From contig JBEIQI010000002.1 in the NCBI GenBank assembly GCA_040376605.1, forward strand, positions 1 to 53,101: a DNA stretch of 53,101 nt, in the 5' to 3' direction. This DNA comes from Flavobacteriales bacterium. Lineage in GTDB: Bacteria > Bacteroidota > Bacteroidia > CAIKAF01. The position numbers were made by a program, and so were the translations under genes. The notes below the pieces were generated by a model. The model searched no databases, was not told the origin of the DNA, and saw only the letters and a program-made list of their open reading frames with translations. Below, piece by piece: positions 1 to 10,215 of the stretch. Numbering within the stretch: position 1 is the stretch's first letter; every line of letters begins with the position of its first letter.

Positions 1-164
1 GTACTTTCCAAAATTGTGTAGATAGTTCAAATCCAGTTATTTCCGCTAAAATAATACTTAGGAACGATAGATACATATTTTATACCCGAAAATATAAAGA
101 AACCTTATTATTCAAGGGGTTCGGAAAGAGTTTATTTTGCTTTTTTATCGTACTTTAGTCCCCA

Positions 165-1340
165 ATGAGCGTAGAGGAGGTAAGTAAATATGTCTTTTTC
201 ATTTCCCTTGGACTGTTATTGTACACCTATATTGGATACGGATTGTTAGCGGGCTTTATTGGGATGTTTAGAAGAAGGCCTGGTTTAGATGAAGTTGACT
301 TTGCTGCTATTCCTTTAACGATTATCATACCGGCATACAATGAGGCCGGCGTTTTAGAGGAAAAAATCAACAATACTTTTCTTGCCTTAACTCAATTCAA
401 AAATACCCAGGTCATATTAATTACAGATGGCAGTAATGATGGAAGCGGAGAAATGAATTGGTCAAACTATCCATTATTGCACCTTCATGGACCGGAAAGA
501 AAGGGGAAATCTTCAGCTATTAATGAAAGTATGTTGAGGGCAACTGGAGAAATTGTGATCATTACCGATGCTAATGCAATGGTTAACAAAGAAGCTTTTG
601 AAAAATTGGTTATTCGTTTTCATAATCAACGAACAGGCGCTGTATCCGGCGAAAAAAAGGTTTTAACCAAGGACGGTAGCACTGGTGGTGAAGGACTTTA
701 CTGGAAGTATGAATCGTTCTTGAAACGAAATAGTGCAAGAATGTACTCGTTAACTGGTGCAGCAGGGGAGTTGCTTGCTTTTAGAAGAGAGTTATTTATG
801 CCAATTCCTAAAGATGCTATTTTGGATGATATGGAATTATCACTAAGTATCATTAAACAAGGCAAAGTGATTGATTATGAACCGATGGCATTTGCCATAG
901 AACCTCCAAGTAGGTCTATAAAGGACGAATTTATGCGGAAGGTGAGGATTTCAGCAGGAGTCTTTCAAACCCTGAAAAGAAATTTATTTGTTTTTAATCC
1001 CTTTAAACATGCCATTTTTATTTTTCAATTTAATTCGCATAGGGTATTGCGTTGGACCATTGGGTTATTCTGCTTAATTTTATTTTATACGTCTAACATC
1101 GCGTTAATTGGGTATCCCCCATCTAACAATACTCAACTGGTTTTTGATATAATTTTTGTTTGTCAAAATCTATTTTATCTATTTGTCTTTTTTGGTTTAT
1201 TATTTCGGAATATTAAACGGATTCCAACTTTCATTTTCCTTCCATTTTATTTTATGATGATGAATATAGCCGTGGTTGTAGGATTTTTTAGGTTTTTATC
1301 TGGAAGCGAAACGGTGCTTTGGAAAAAGGCTAATAGATAA
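165..1340 (+). CDS. Family 2 glycosyltransferase, membrane-integrated (N-terminal TM helix plus multi-TM C-terminal region)
   Basis: 391-aa ORF with GT2 signatures IIIPAYNE, ITDGSNDGS and ITDANAM. The N-terminus and the last ~120 aa are hydrophobic. Confidence 0.8.
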   Translation: MSVEEVSKYVFFISLGLLLYTYIGYGLLAGFIGMFRRRPGLDEVDFAAIPLTIIIPAYNEAGVLEEKINNTFLALTQFKNTQVILITDGSNDGSGEMNWSNYPLLHLHGPERKGKSSAINESMLRATGEIVIITDANAMVNKEAFEKLVIRFHNQRTGAVSGEKKVLTKDGSTGGEGLYWKYESFLKRNSARMYSLTGAAGELLAFRRELFMPIPKDAILDDMELSLSIIKQGKVIDYEPMAFAIEPPSRSIKDEFMRKVRISAGVFQTLKRNLFVFNPFKHAIFIFQFNSHRVLRWTIGLFCLILFYTSNIALIGYPPSNNTQLVFDIIFVCQNLFYLFVFFGLLFRNIKRIPTFIFLPFYFMMMNIAVVVGFFRFLSGSETVLWKKANR

Positions 1341-1397
1341 AGCTATTAAATTCAACAGCTATTTTAGGAGAATATTTTATTTCAGGGCTTATTCGGT

Positions 1398-1838
1398 TTA
1401 ATAAACTCTGCCCGAAAATTTACCATTAGTTACTGCAATGGTATAGGTATTGTCAATGTTTTTAATGTTACCACTAAAGGTTCCTTCAATTAAGTTGCTA
1501 CCAGCAGTTAGCAATTCAATGGTTCCAGTGGATCCAGTATATTGTGTGCTAAACTGAACACCATCGTAGGTGATAAATATGGTGGCCTGGGCACTTGGGC
1601 TATTTAAGCATGGGTAGGTTCCCTTTACATTGTTTTTAATGGTAAAGCTAACTGCGGTTGTTCCATCATCTGCAATAACAATCGAACTGGTTTGACCACT
1701 GATATTTTGATATAAAGCAGTAACTTGTTCTTCATTGAATATATATTTGGTTCCTTCAATGTCCAATTCAGTCATTTCATGATATTCGCATGATGTTAAT
1801 GATAAGATGGCTATAATTAGAATGAAATATTTCTTCAT
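1398..1838 (-). CDS. Hypothetical lipoprotein
   Basis: 146-aa ORF with a signal peptide ending in lipobox-like LSLTSC. No recognisable catalytic motif. Confidence 0.55.
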   Translation of the reverse strand: MKKYFILIIAILSLTSCEYHEMTELDIEGTKYIFNEEQVTALYQNISGQTSSIVIADDGTTAVSFTIKNNVKGTYPCLNSPSAQATIFITYDGVQFSTQYTGSTGTIELLTAGSNLIEGTFSGNIKNIDNTYTIAVTNGKFSGRVY

Positions 1839-1850
1839 GATTCATTAATT

Positions 1851-2483
1851 TTGATACAAATTACAAAAAAATTGCCTGTTTTAACAAAAATACCTACTTG
1901 GCTTCAAGTATATAACAAGGATATCTGCTGGAAAGTACCTCAGGCAGAAAATAATCTATACCTCACTTTTGATGATGGTCCGCATCCTATTTGCACACCG
2001 TTGGTTTTGGATATCCTTAAAGAATTGAACATTAAAGCCAGTTTTTTTTGTGTTGGAAAACAGGTAAAGCTTTATCCGGAGATCTATCAAAGAATATTAA
2101 AGGAAGGACATCAAGTTGGAAATCATTCATTTTCACATTTAAATGGCTGGAAAACCCATATAGATGATTATTTAGGCGATGTAGCGTTGGCTGAAGAATT
2201 TATCAACTCCTCGCTTTTTAGACCTCCGTATGGTAGAATAACACCAACACAATTTAAGGCTCTTAAATCGAATTTTAAAATAGTGATGTGGGATGTTCTA
2301 AGTCAGGATTATGATTCGACTATATCAAATGCTGAAGTGATTCAAAATGTTGTTGGTAATGTTTCTAAAGGTTCAATTATTGTTCTGCATGATAATGAAA
2401 AGACGATGAATAGGATATCTGTTATTCTTCCAGAAATAATTAATCAATTACATGACAGGGGCTGGTCATTTAAAACTTTATAG
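1851..2483 (+). CDS. Polysaccharide deacetylase (NodB homology / CE4 family)
   Basis: CE4 motifs TFDDGP, HSFSH and RPPYG are present. The ORF opens with TTG at 1851 and has no in-frame ATG before the domain, so the start is uncertain. Confidence 0.8.
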   Translation: MIQITKKLPVLTKIPTWLQVYNKDICWKVPQAENNLYLTFDDGPHPICTPLVLDILKELNIKASFFCVGKQVKLYPEIYQRILKEGHQVGNHSFSHLNGWKTHIDDYLGDVALAEEFINSSLFRPPYGRITPTQFKALKSNFKIVMWDVLSQDYDSTISNAEVIQNVVGNVSKGSIIVLHDNEKTMNRISVILPEIINQLHDRGWSFKTL

Positions 2484-2485
2484 TT

Positions 2486-3505
2486 TTATTTGGCTTGTAA
2501 ATCTTCCAGATACAATGTTTTTTCCTGTATCGTAAAATTTTGGATGTCCTTGATTTCAATTTTTATGGTTATCGGGGAATTCCAGTTAATCGACATCATT
2601 CCATAATTTAAACCGCAAAAAGGTTTCTGAATCTTGTATTTATTTGAATTAATTTTTGGACCGGTATGTGCATGACTCATGCCACTTGCGGTAAATTCAT
2701 ATAAAGGATAGTTTAAATCAGGTGATGTATTTTGCATCATTTCTGCACAATGAATATCTCCACTTAAGAAAATAATACCAGGCTTTTTTGAAGCTTGTAT
2801 TAATTGGTACATTCGTTTTTCGGCTTTAGGATATTGTTCCCAGCGATCACAGGTCGTTTTGGTACTAAGAAATTGTGAACTAGAGGCTATGATATTTATT
2901 TGAGCATCTGATTCATTGAGCTCTTTTTCGAACCATTTCCATTGTATTTCTCCTAAAATATCTGCGGCTTCTCCCGGCTTTTCTCTGAAGTATCTTTCGT
3001 CTAACATGAAAAACTTCACCTTCTTTCCTTCTTTTCCAAAGGTATAAGTAGTGTAAATTCCTTCCTGCATGCGGCGGGGAGATTCTTTAGGCTCGCCAAT
3101 AAAATCCAGAAAATATTTTTGACTTTCTTTTTTAATTGGGTGTTCAATGCCACTATTATTAGGCCCATAATCATGATCATCCCAAGTGCCAATCATGGGT
3201 ATTTTTTCTAAAAAGTCTAAGAAGTATGGTTTTTTTAATTGTTGATTATAGGTTTTTATTAGACAATCTACATCCGTGCAATTTCCATATACATTGTCGC
3301 CTAGAAATACAAATAAGTCCGGCTTATAGTCCAACATATTCAACCACATTTCTTGCGGAAGAAGTTGGTGATTACAGGATCCAAAGGTTATCACATCGAT
3401 ATTCTTAACCGAGTCTAAAGGCACTCGATTCACTTTGGTTAACTCTTGTAAATAGGATATTTGACCAATACAAAAAATAGCAATTACAACTCCCCATTTT
3501 TTCAT
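2486..3505 (-). CDS. PhoD-like metallophosphoesterase (secreted)
   Basis: Motifs GDNVYG, WDDHDYG and GDIHCAE. I placed the start at internal Met43 (ATG at 3505-3503), which gives the signal peptide MKKWGVVIAIFCIG. The ORF-track start at 3631 adds a non-signal extension. Confidence 0.7.
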   Translation of the reverse strand: MKKWGVVIAIFCIGQISYLQELTKVNRVPLDSVKNIDVITFGSCNHQLLPQEMWLNMLDYKPDLFVFLGDNVYGNCTDVDCLIKTYNQQLKKPYFLDFLEKIPMIGTWDDHDYGPNNSGIEHPIKKESQKYFLDFIGEPKESPRRMQEGIYTTYTFGKEGKKVKFFMLDERYFREKPGEAADILGEIQWKWFEKELNESDAQINIIASSSQFLSTKTTCDRWEQYPKAEKRMYQLIQASKKPGIIFLSGDIHCAEMMQNTSPDLNYPLYEFTASGMSHAHTGPKINSNKYKIQKPFCGLNYGMMSINWNSPITIKIEIKDIQNFTIQEKTLYLEDLQAK

Positions 3506-3631
3506 GTTACTAAGATAAGAAAAATATTTAAGCCTAGCATAAGGTATATTCTTAAGGCATGGGCCAACTGTTTTAAGTTGAATTTGGTCCAAAGTAATAG
3601 GATTTTGGGTCGAATGTAAATAACAAATCAT

Positions 3632-6139
3632 TTACCTATTCAAAAGAATATTTAAGCACATTATTTTTTCTGGGTGACCTACAAGTTCCTTTATGATGTT
3701 TTCATTATCAATTTTAAGGTTATAAATTCTTCCTGTGACCAAGGTTCCCAATGAATAATGATCAATGATTGCATATGGGCAATAGGTATCACTTAAGATT
3801 TCGATAAAACCTGGAGTTGAAGCCCTGTTAATGGTAAATTTTGGAATAGGTAACTGGAGTTGATTTAATTGGGTAAAATGGTAGTAGGAAGGTTGAAAGC
3901 TATTATTGGTGGAGGAGATTTCAAGAAATACTTTTTCAAGTTTTAAATCCCTTAAGCTGTTTTTTTCTATCGCATAACAAATGTTCGATGATTGATGGCG
4001 AAGTTTACCTACTATATTTTTTGAATAAATGACCTTCCCGTTAAAATCAATAATTTGTATGAGCAATTCCTCCATAAAATCATGAAACTGGTCGTTAATG
4101 CCATAAATTTGGTAGTTGTTACTATCCTCCTTCACTGTGAATATTATGGGAGCATTTACTCGTTTAACTTCAGTATACGATAGTTTGGGTTGAAGCGAGT
4201 AATCAACTAAACTCCAAGAGGTAACAGGCCAGCAATCATTCAACTGCCATAATAAACTTCCCATACAATAGGGCATGGAACTGCGCTGAGCTTCTATTGC
4301 CGTGGTTAAAGTATACGCCTGCAAAACCTGTGTAGCATATATATAATCTTCCATTTTCTCCGGAACAACCAAATACTGTTTTAAATAATGATCTAAAGTT
4401 TTAAAACCTGTAGGATGTTTTTGATGATTTTTAAATGAAGAAGAATTAAAATTCATGGCTGAATCTGCCATCACTTTTTTTAATGTACTCATGTCGGGAA
4501 TTGCCTGCATGCCAAATTCACTCATGAATCTTGGAATTTTTTCTTCAAACTTCTCTATGGGCTCCAAGCCCCACCAAACTCCCCAATAATGGCTATCTCC
4601 AGAGGTCATGCTTTCTTTTCTGCCCCATCCAAACAAAGGGGAAGTTGGAATATAGGCGGTATTTTTATCATATTTATTTACCACTTTGGGCAGTAAATTT
4701 TCAAACAAGTTGATATAGTTTTCATAAACTAAGGTTGAATCTTGTTTTGAATAGTTGAATTCTTTTTGCCAGCCCCAGTTTTTCCAACCTTCATCGTTTT
4801 CATTATTCCCACACCAAATAGCAATGTTATTATAATTAGATAATCGTTGTACCTGATATTGGGCTTCGTTCTCCACATTTTCTAAAAAAATTGAATCACC
4901 GGGGTACATGGCACAGGCAAACATAAAATCTTGCCATACCATAATACCCTTTGTTAAACAAGCCTCGTAAAAATCATTATCAGGATAGGTTCCACCACCC
5001 CAAACCCTCAGCATGTTCATATTGGCATCAGCTGCCATGTTAACCAATTCGGTGGATTTCGAGCCCGAATTAAAACTATCATCCGGAATAAAGTTGGCTC
5101 CTTTTGCAAAAACCTTTTTTCCGTTCACCGAAAAATAGAACGACTCTCCAACTTTATCTTTCTCTTTATGTAGATTTATTTCGCATATACCATATGAAAT
5201 ATTTTTCCATTCTATATTTTTTTCATCATGCTGTATTGAATAATGCAATTGATAAACTTGACTTGAATATCCGGACCCATTGGGCCACCATAGCTGTGGA
5301 TTGTTGATGGTGGTTTTTAATCGGATTGTATTTTTTCCTTTTTGAACAATAATTTTTTCTTCAGCAACTTCTGGAATTAATGGTATAATAAATCCTTTGG
5401 TATATTGTATAACGATGGTATCGATAGTATGAGAGCTAATTTCCAAAGTTGATTCTAAGATGGCTTTTTTCTTTTTTAATGAAACCGTTTGGATATTTAT
5501 TTGTTTACACTGAATTCCTGATGGAGGATGGTATTTTATTTTTACCGGCTTTCGGATTCCCATGTTGATGAATGTGGGTCCCCAGTCCCAGCCAAATTGA
5601 TATTGTGGAGTTCTGGCATATACTCTTTCTCCACCGGGCAGCTTGGTTGAATCATTTTTCATGAAGGCTTGAGTTCTATTAAATGTAGAATGAAATATTA
5701 TCCGGATATTGAGCACCGTATCCGTCAAATTTTCTAATCTAAAGGGATAGAATGCATTTTGATGACGAAATATTTGATCATTGATGAATATATCACAAAA
5801 TAAATCCAGGGATTCAAATTCTAGTGAATAAGTGTAGCCTTGAGCTAGAAGGTTCTTATTGATGTCAACATTCTTTCTAAATTCCCAATCCTTTTCTCCT
5901 ACCCATTGATAGAGCTTTTCGTTATCCCCATAATATGGATGGCTGGAATGTGAAAAATCATTAGAATTGATCAAATTATCAATAATGGTTCCGGGTACTT
6001 TGGCTGATTTCCAGAAGCTATCATTCTGCATCCGATATTCCCAATCAACAATATCATGTTCAATAATTTGTGCCTTAAGAGATAAGGAATTTAATCCCAA
6101 TAGGAGAGTGATAAAAAAAGGCAGAACCTTCAATTTCAT
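3632..6139 (-). CDS. GH2 beta-mannosidase, secreted
   Basis: 835 aa with an N-terminal signal peptide, acid/base-type motif WCGNNE and nucleophile-type motif MSEFGMQA. Size and layout are typical of beta-mannosidases. Confidence 0.8.
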   Translation of the reverse strand: MKLKVLPFFITLLLGLNSLSLKAQIIEHDIVDWEYRMQNDSFWKSAKVPGTIIDNLINSNDFSHSSHPYYGDNEKLYQWVGEKDWEFRKNVDINKNLLAQGYTYSLEFESLDLFCDIFINDQIFRHQNAFYPFRLENLTDTVLNIRIIFHSTFNRTQAFMKNDSTKLPGGERVYARTPQYQFGWDWGPTFINMGIRKPVKIKYHPPSGIQCKQINIQTVSLKKKKAILESTLEISSHTIDTIVIQYTKGFIIPLIPEVAEEKIIVQKGKNTIRLKTTINNPQLWWPNGSGYSSQVYQLHYSIQHDEKNIEWKNISYGICEINLHKEKDKVGESFYFSVNGKKVFAKGANFIPDDSFNSGSKSTELVNMAADANMNMLRVWGGGTYPDNDFYEACLTKGIMVWQDFMFACAMYPGDSIFLENVENEAQYQVQRLSNYNNIAIWCGNNENDEGWKNWGWQKEFNYSKQDSTLVYENYINLFENLLPKVVNKYDKNTAYIPTSPLFGWGRKESMTSGDSHYWGVWWGLEPIEKFEEKIPRFMSEFGMQAIPDMSTLKKVMADSAMNFNSSSFKNHQKHPTGFKTLDHYLKQYLVVPEKMEDYIYATQVLQAYTLTTAIEAQRSSMPYCMGSLLWQLNDCWPVTSWSLVDYSLQPKLSYTEVKRVNAPIIFTVKEDSNNYQIYGINDQFHDFMEELLIQIIDFNGKVIYSKNIVGKLRHQSSNICYAIEKNSLRDLKLEKVFLEISSTNNSFQPSYYHFTQLNQLQLPIPKFTINRASTPGFIEILSDTYCPYAIIDHYSLGTLVTGRIYNLKIDNENIIKELVGHPEKIMCLNILLNR

Positions 6140-6798
6140 TTTATTTTTGCTAACAGGTCTTTAATTTCATTTTTATCAGCAATTTCTCCATCTATAATTC
6201 CTGCGGAATGAATTTCCGGAAATATCCCAGCCTCAATAAATGCCTGAACATTATTACTTCTAATTCCACCACCTGGCATAATGGTAACTTGCGATCCGTA
6301 TTTCTTTTGCAATGAAACAAGCAGGTCAATATGATCAATGGCTTTACCACTATTTCCCGAGGTTAATACCCTTTGAAATCCACATTTAAGAATAGATTCC
6401 ATGGCATCTGATTTATTACTTATTTCATCGAATGCCCTATGAAAGGTGCATGGAAGTGGAGCGGCTTCTTTTACTAATTCTTTATTTTGTACCACGTTAA
6501 TACCATCTCTACTATACATAGATGCAAAAACAAATCCATCCGCCTTTGCTTTTTTAAAAGTGGATATGGAATTTTTAATCATATCAAACAAGCGTTGATT
6601 GTAAGTATAAGGACCAGCTTTTGGGTGGATCATGATGTAAATGGGAACTTTTATCTTCTTTCTAATTTCCACAAAATCCTCCAGGGTTGGGGTTATTCCA
6701 CCGCTAGCATAATCTGCACAAAATTCGATTCTATCGGCTCCTGCCTCAGCAGCGATAAGGGCAGATTTTACATTGAAACAAGCAACTTCTAAAAGCAT
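6136..6798 (-). CDS. cutC: CutC-family protein (annotated copper homeostasis protein)
   Basis: 220 aa. The N-terminus LEVACFNVKSALIAAEAGADRIEFC...GGITP matches the CutC TIM-barrel family. Its stop overlaps the beta-mannosidase start as ATGA. Confidence 0.8.
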   Translation of the reverse strand: MLLEVACFNVKSALIAAEAGADRIEFCADYASGGITPTLEDFVEIRKKIKVPIYIMIHPKAGPYTYNQRLFDMIKNSISTFKKAKADGFVFASMYSRDGINVVQNKELVKEAAPLPCTFHRAFDEISNKSDAMESILKCGFQRVLTSGNSGKAIDHIDLLVSLQKKYGSQVTIMPGGGIRSNNVQAFIEAGIFPEIHSAGIIDGEIADKNEIKDLLAKIK

Positions 6799-6856
6799 AT
6801 GGTTGTTATTAGTTGAGAACCCTGGGCTTTCTGTTCCAAGTGTTCTTTTTGGTTAA

Positions 6857-9166
6857 TTAATCAATTATTATTTCATCAAAAAACAACCAGCTCGGTTCAC
6901 CGGAACCAGGATTGCCTGATGGAATATTTCCGGGGTTAGTTGCCGTTATTTTTATAAACTGAGCTTTTGTCTTTTTAAAATTGATGATGAGTTGTCGAGG
7001 ACTTTGTTCAATCTTTTCACTCTCTACAGTTGCCAACTTTTTATATTTGATTCCATTGGTGGATATTTCCACATCAATTTGTTTAGGCAACCAAATCCAG
7101 TTATTGATATCTTTTAAATAACCTATTTCAACTTGCTCTATTTCTTGAATGGATTCAAGATCGATGATCATCTCTACATCCTCGCCACTCCAAGCATTCC
7201 ATTGATTGTTTTTTCTTGGCAAATCGGCTTTCAACCCATTAACAAGTGTAAAACCTGATTGAGTATTGTAGTATTTACTCGGATCTACATTGAAAATAAT
7301 TTTTTTGGAAGTGGATTTTGATAGATAAAGATTGAGGGTACTTGTGGCGGAAAAATTCGCAATGTTGGCTTTTAAGGTAAGGGGGCTATATCCAGCGCTA
7401 GCGCTAAATTCAAAAAACTCAGCCGTATCTTTTAAAATAAATGGGTTGGGGGATTCCGAAAAATTGGAAATAGCATTACTGCTCGATATTTCAACATTTC
7501 CTATGTTTTGTGGCCATATCAATTTTACCTTTAGACCATCTTGATTAGGTAAAACCTTAAAGTTAACTTGGTAGATGGAGGTTGAATAGTTGACGTTCCA
7601 AGTATCTAAAAATTTGAAATGTTCAATAAGTCTATCTTGAAAATCGGGCATGTTTTTTTTCTCCTTAGGGGTCCACAATACTTCTGCTAAGGCACACATT
7701 CGTGGTAATGCCATATATTCTACATGCTTTTCGTTTAGGATGTATTCGGTCCAAACATTGCCTTGAGCCCCCAAAATATATTTTGATAAAGAGTCTGGTA
7801 ATTCCTTTGGGACAGGCTCATAACTATATACCTTTTCGATAGGCGTATATCCACCAATGGCTAAAGGTTCCAGTTCTGGATTTCCTTGGTAATGATCGAA
7901 ATAACAGTAAGCGCCAGGAGTCATAACCACATTATGCTGTTGATTGGCCGCTTGAACACCACCTTCTTCTCCTCTCCAACTCATCACAGCCGCATTCGGT
8001 GCTAATCCTCCTTCTAAAATTTCATCCCAGCCAATGATTTGTTTTCCCTTGCTATTTAAAAATTTCTCAATCCTTCTTATAAAATAACTTTGAAGTTCAT
8101 GTTCATCTTTTAGGCCTTCATCCTTCATTCTTTTTTGACAGCGTGTGCAGTTTTTCCATCTCTCTTTAGGACATTCATCACCACCAATATGGATATATTG
8201 ACCTGGGAAAAGGGCGCAAACCTCCGAAAGTACATCTTCAATAAATTGGAAGGTGGCCTCATTACCTGCACAATAAACATCTTCAAAAACTCCCCATTCT
8301 TTCGCCACTTCAAATGGCCCACCAGTACATGATAACTCCGGATAGGATGCTAGTGCGGCCAATGCATGGCCAGGCATTTCGATTTCTGGCACAATGGTTA
8401 CGTGACGTGAGGTAGCATATTTTACAATTTCACGAATATCATCTTGCGAATAATATCCACCATAACGAATGGTATCAACTACATGATCACTATAAGGGCC
8501 TACCATACTGCCATTTCTCCAGGCACCTATTTCTGTAAGTTGAGGATATTTTTTTATTTCTATTCTCCAGCCTTGATCTTCTGTTAAATGCCAATGAAAA
8601 GTATTCATTTTGTGCAAGGCCAAAAGATCAATGTATTTTTTAATAAATTCTTTTCCATAAAAATGCCGGCATACATCTAAGTGCATTCCGCGCCAGGCAA
8701 ATCGAGGTTCATCTTTAATATAACATGCGGGAACTCTAAAACTGCCTTTGCCATCATTGGTGGGTTCGGTTAATTGCAAAACAGAAATGAGTCCATAAAA
8801 CATTCCCGTTCGGGTGTTGGCAGTAATTTTTATATATTCAGAATTACATTCAATTTCATATCCCTCAGGATGTTTGAGCAATGAATCTTTGGTTAGATGC
8901 AGAAAAATAAACTTTTGGTTAGAGTCCAGAATTTCATTTGTCCAGGATAATTCGAACCCATACATTTTTTTTAGGAGAGAATTAAATTCAATTACATTGG
9001 CCATTGCCCGGCCACTCACAAAGAAGAAGGGGGTTTGTTTGTTAAATTCGAATGGTGCGGATTCTATCATCCTAACCACCGCAGGCTGAGGGATTATTTG
9101 AGCCGATTGGGCATAGAGGTGGGATAAAATTCCAAAAATAAGAAAACCCAACCATCGCTTTTTCAT
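6857..9166 (-). CDS. GH20 beta-N-acetylhexosaminidase with C-terminal F5/8 type C (discoidin) domain
   Basis: 769 aa with a signal peptide and the motifs HWHLTEDQGWRIEI, PEIEMPGHA and HIGGDE. The C-terminal ~150 aa are discoidin-like. Confidence 0.85.
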   Translation of the reverse strand: MKKRWLGFLIFGILSHLYAQSAQIIPQPAVVRMIESAPFEFNKQTPFFFVSGRAMANVIEFNSLLKKMYGFELSWTNEILDSNQKFIFLHLTKDSLLKHPEGYEIECNSEYIKITANTRTGMFYGLISVLQLTEPTNDGKGSFRVPACYIKDEPRFAWRGMHLDVCRHFYGKEFIKKYIDLLALHKMNTFHWHLTEDQGWRIEIKKYPQLTEIGAWRNGSMVGPYSDHVVDTIRYGGYYSQDDIREIVKYATSRHVTIVPEIEMPGHALAALASYPELSCTGGPFEVAKEWGVFEDVYCAGNEATFQFIEDVLSEVCALFPGQYIHIGGDECPKERWKNCTRCQKRMKDEGLKDEHELQSYFIRRIEKFLNSKGKQIIGWDEILEGGLAPNAAVMSWRGEEGGVQAANQQHNVVMTPGAYCYFDHYQGNPELEPLAIGGYTPIEKVYSYEPVPKELPDSLSKYILGAQGNVWTEYILNEKHVEYMALPRMCALAEVLWTPKEKKNMPDFQDRLIEHFKFLDTWNVNYSTSIYQVNFKVLPNQDGLKVKLIWPQNIGNVEISSSNAISNFSESPNPFILKDTAEFFEFSASAGYSPLTLKANIANFSATSTLNLYLSKSTSKKIIFNVDPSKYYNTQSGFTLVNGLKADLPRKNNQWNAWSGEDVEMIIDLESIQEIEQVEIGYLKDINNWIWLPKQIDVEISTNGIKYKKLATVESEKIEQSPRQLIINFKKTKAQFIKITATNPGNIPSGNPGSGEPSWLFFDEIIID

Positions 9167-9312
9167 TGTCTAAATATAAACAAAATATTGAAAGGAAATT
9201 GATTTATTGACCAATACCTAATCCCGTTTAGGCTCATTATGCAAGGGTATTAGCCAAATAAATGCTTCAATCGAAGGTTTCAAAAATACTTTTACCAAAA
9301 AATAAATAAATA

Positions 9313-9801
9313 ATGAAGAAGTTAGGAGTCTTATTAGTAGTGGCAGTATCCGTTGTAATGTTTTCATGTAACGGTTCCCAAGTCAAATTTAAATCAGCCA
9401 AAGATTATAATGATTATATCGTTCAGGTTGTTCATGAGGTAGACAATTCCTGGTCGGATGTTATGCATGAAAAGGATTTAGATAAATCGCTTGCCAAAGC
9501 GGATATATTGATCAAGGTATCGCAAGATGGTTTGATTAAACTCAAGAATCTCAAAACCTTTAAAAAGGACAATCTCTTTAAAAAATCGAGTATTGCTTAC
9601 ATAGAGCATATCAATAAAATTGCACAAAAGGAATTAAAGGAATTTTTACACTTGATTCATGATGAATCCCCCAATGATAAAAGATTGGACGAGTTAATCG
9701 TAATTTTAGATGATGAACGAGAGGCGAAGTTTCAGGTTTTAACTGTTTGTCAGCAATTATTTGCGGCAACCTATCATCTTAACTTGGCCCAAAACAGCTA
9801 G
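9313..9801 (+). CDS. Hypothetical lipoprotein
   Basis: 162 aa with signal peptide and lipobox VMFSC. The mature part is helical with no known motif. Confidence 0.5.
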   Translation: MKKLGVLLVVAVSVVMFSCNGSQVKFKSAKDYNDYIVQVVHEVDNSWSDVMHEKDLDKSLAKADILIKVSQDGLIKLKNLKTFKKDNLFKKSSIAYIEHINKIAQKELKEFLHLIHDESPNDKRLDELIVILDDEREAKFQVLTVCQQLFAATYHLNLAQNS

Positions 9802-9807
9802 CCTATA

Positions 9808-10215
9808 TTAATCTAATGCTTTTTTTCGCCAATTCTTAATTTCAGCGTTCCTCTTTTTTGTAAGCAGCCTTTTTTCTTTGGCTGCTTTAGGAGGTTTGGT
9901 GGGCTTTCTTTTTTTCGGTACGATAAAACATTTATTCAGTATTTTATAAAACTTATCTATGGCCACTCTTTTATTACCTAATTGGGTTCGTTCGGTTTGA
10001 GAAATTATCTGAAGCAATCCATCATTGGTTAATTGGTTGGAAAGTTTCTCCAGCAGAATCAATTTTTGTTCTTCGGTAAGAATTTGTGAATGAGCAATAT
10101 CAAAGGTGATTTCAATTTTGGTAGAAACTTTATTTACATTTTGACCTCCACTGCCTCCGCTGCGGCTGGCTTTAAAATTTAATTCCTTTTCTAATTGAAG
10201 AGTTTTTAGGTCCAT
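9808..10215 (-). CDS. arfB: Alternative ribosome-rescue factor ArfB (peptidyl-tRNA hydrolase, GGQ family)
   Basis: 135 aa with GGQ motif SGGSGGQNVNKVSTK followed by a Lys/Arg-rich C-terminal tail. Confidence 0.85.
   Translation of the reverse strand: MDLKTLQLEKELNFKASRSGGSGGQNVNKVSTKIEITFDIAHSQILTEEQKLILLEKLSNQLTNDGLLQIISQTERTQLGNKRVAIDKFYKILNKCFIVPKKRKPTKPPKAAKEKRLLTKKRNAEIKNWRKKALD

Noticed and set aside
1-76. Possible 5' end of a minus-strand gene leaving the window (ATG at 76-74; MYLSFLSIILAEITGFELSTQFWKV...).
   Set aside because: Only 25 codons are visible, which is too short to separate from chance. I did not report it as a feature.
3506-3631. N-terminal extensions in the ORF track at 3506-3631, 10395-10406, 14358-14363, 16316-16348, 38427-38456, 40347-40403, 48186-48275 and 50687-50737.
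   Set aside because: In each case an internal ATG yields a canonical signal peptide or conserved N-terminus. In several cases a TAnnTTTG box lies inside the extension. Several of the extended starts are TTG codons taken only because the frame is open.
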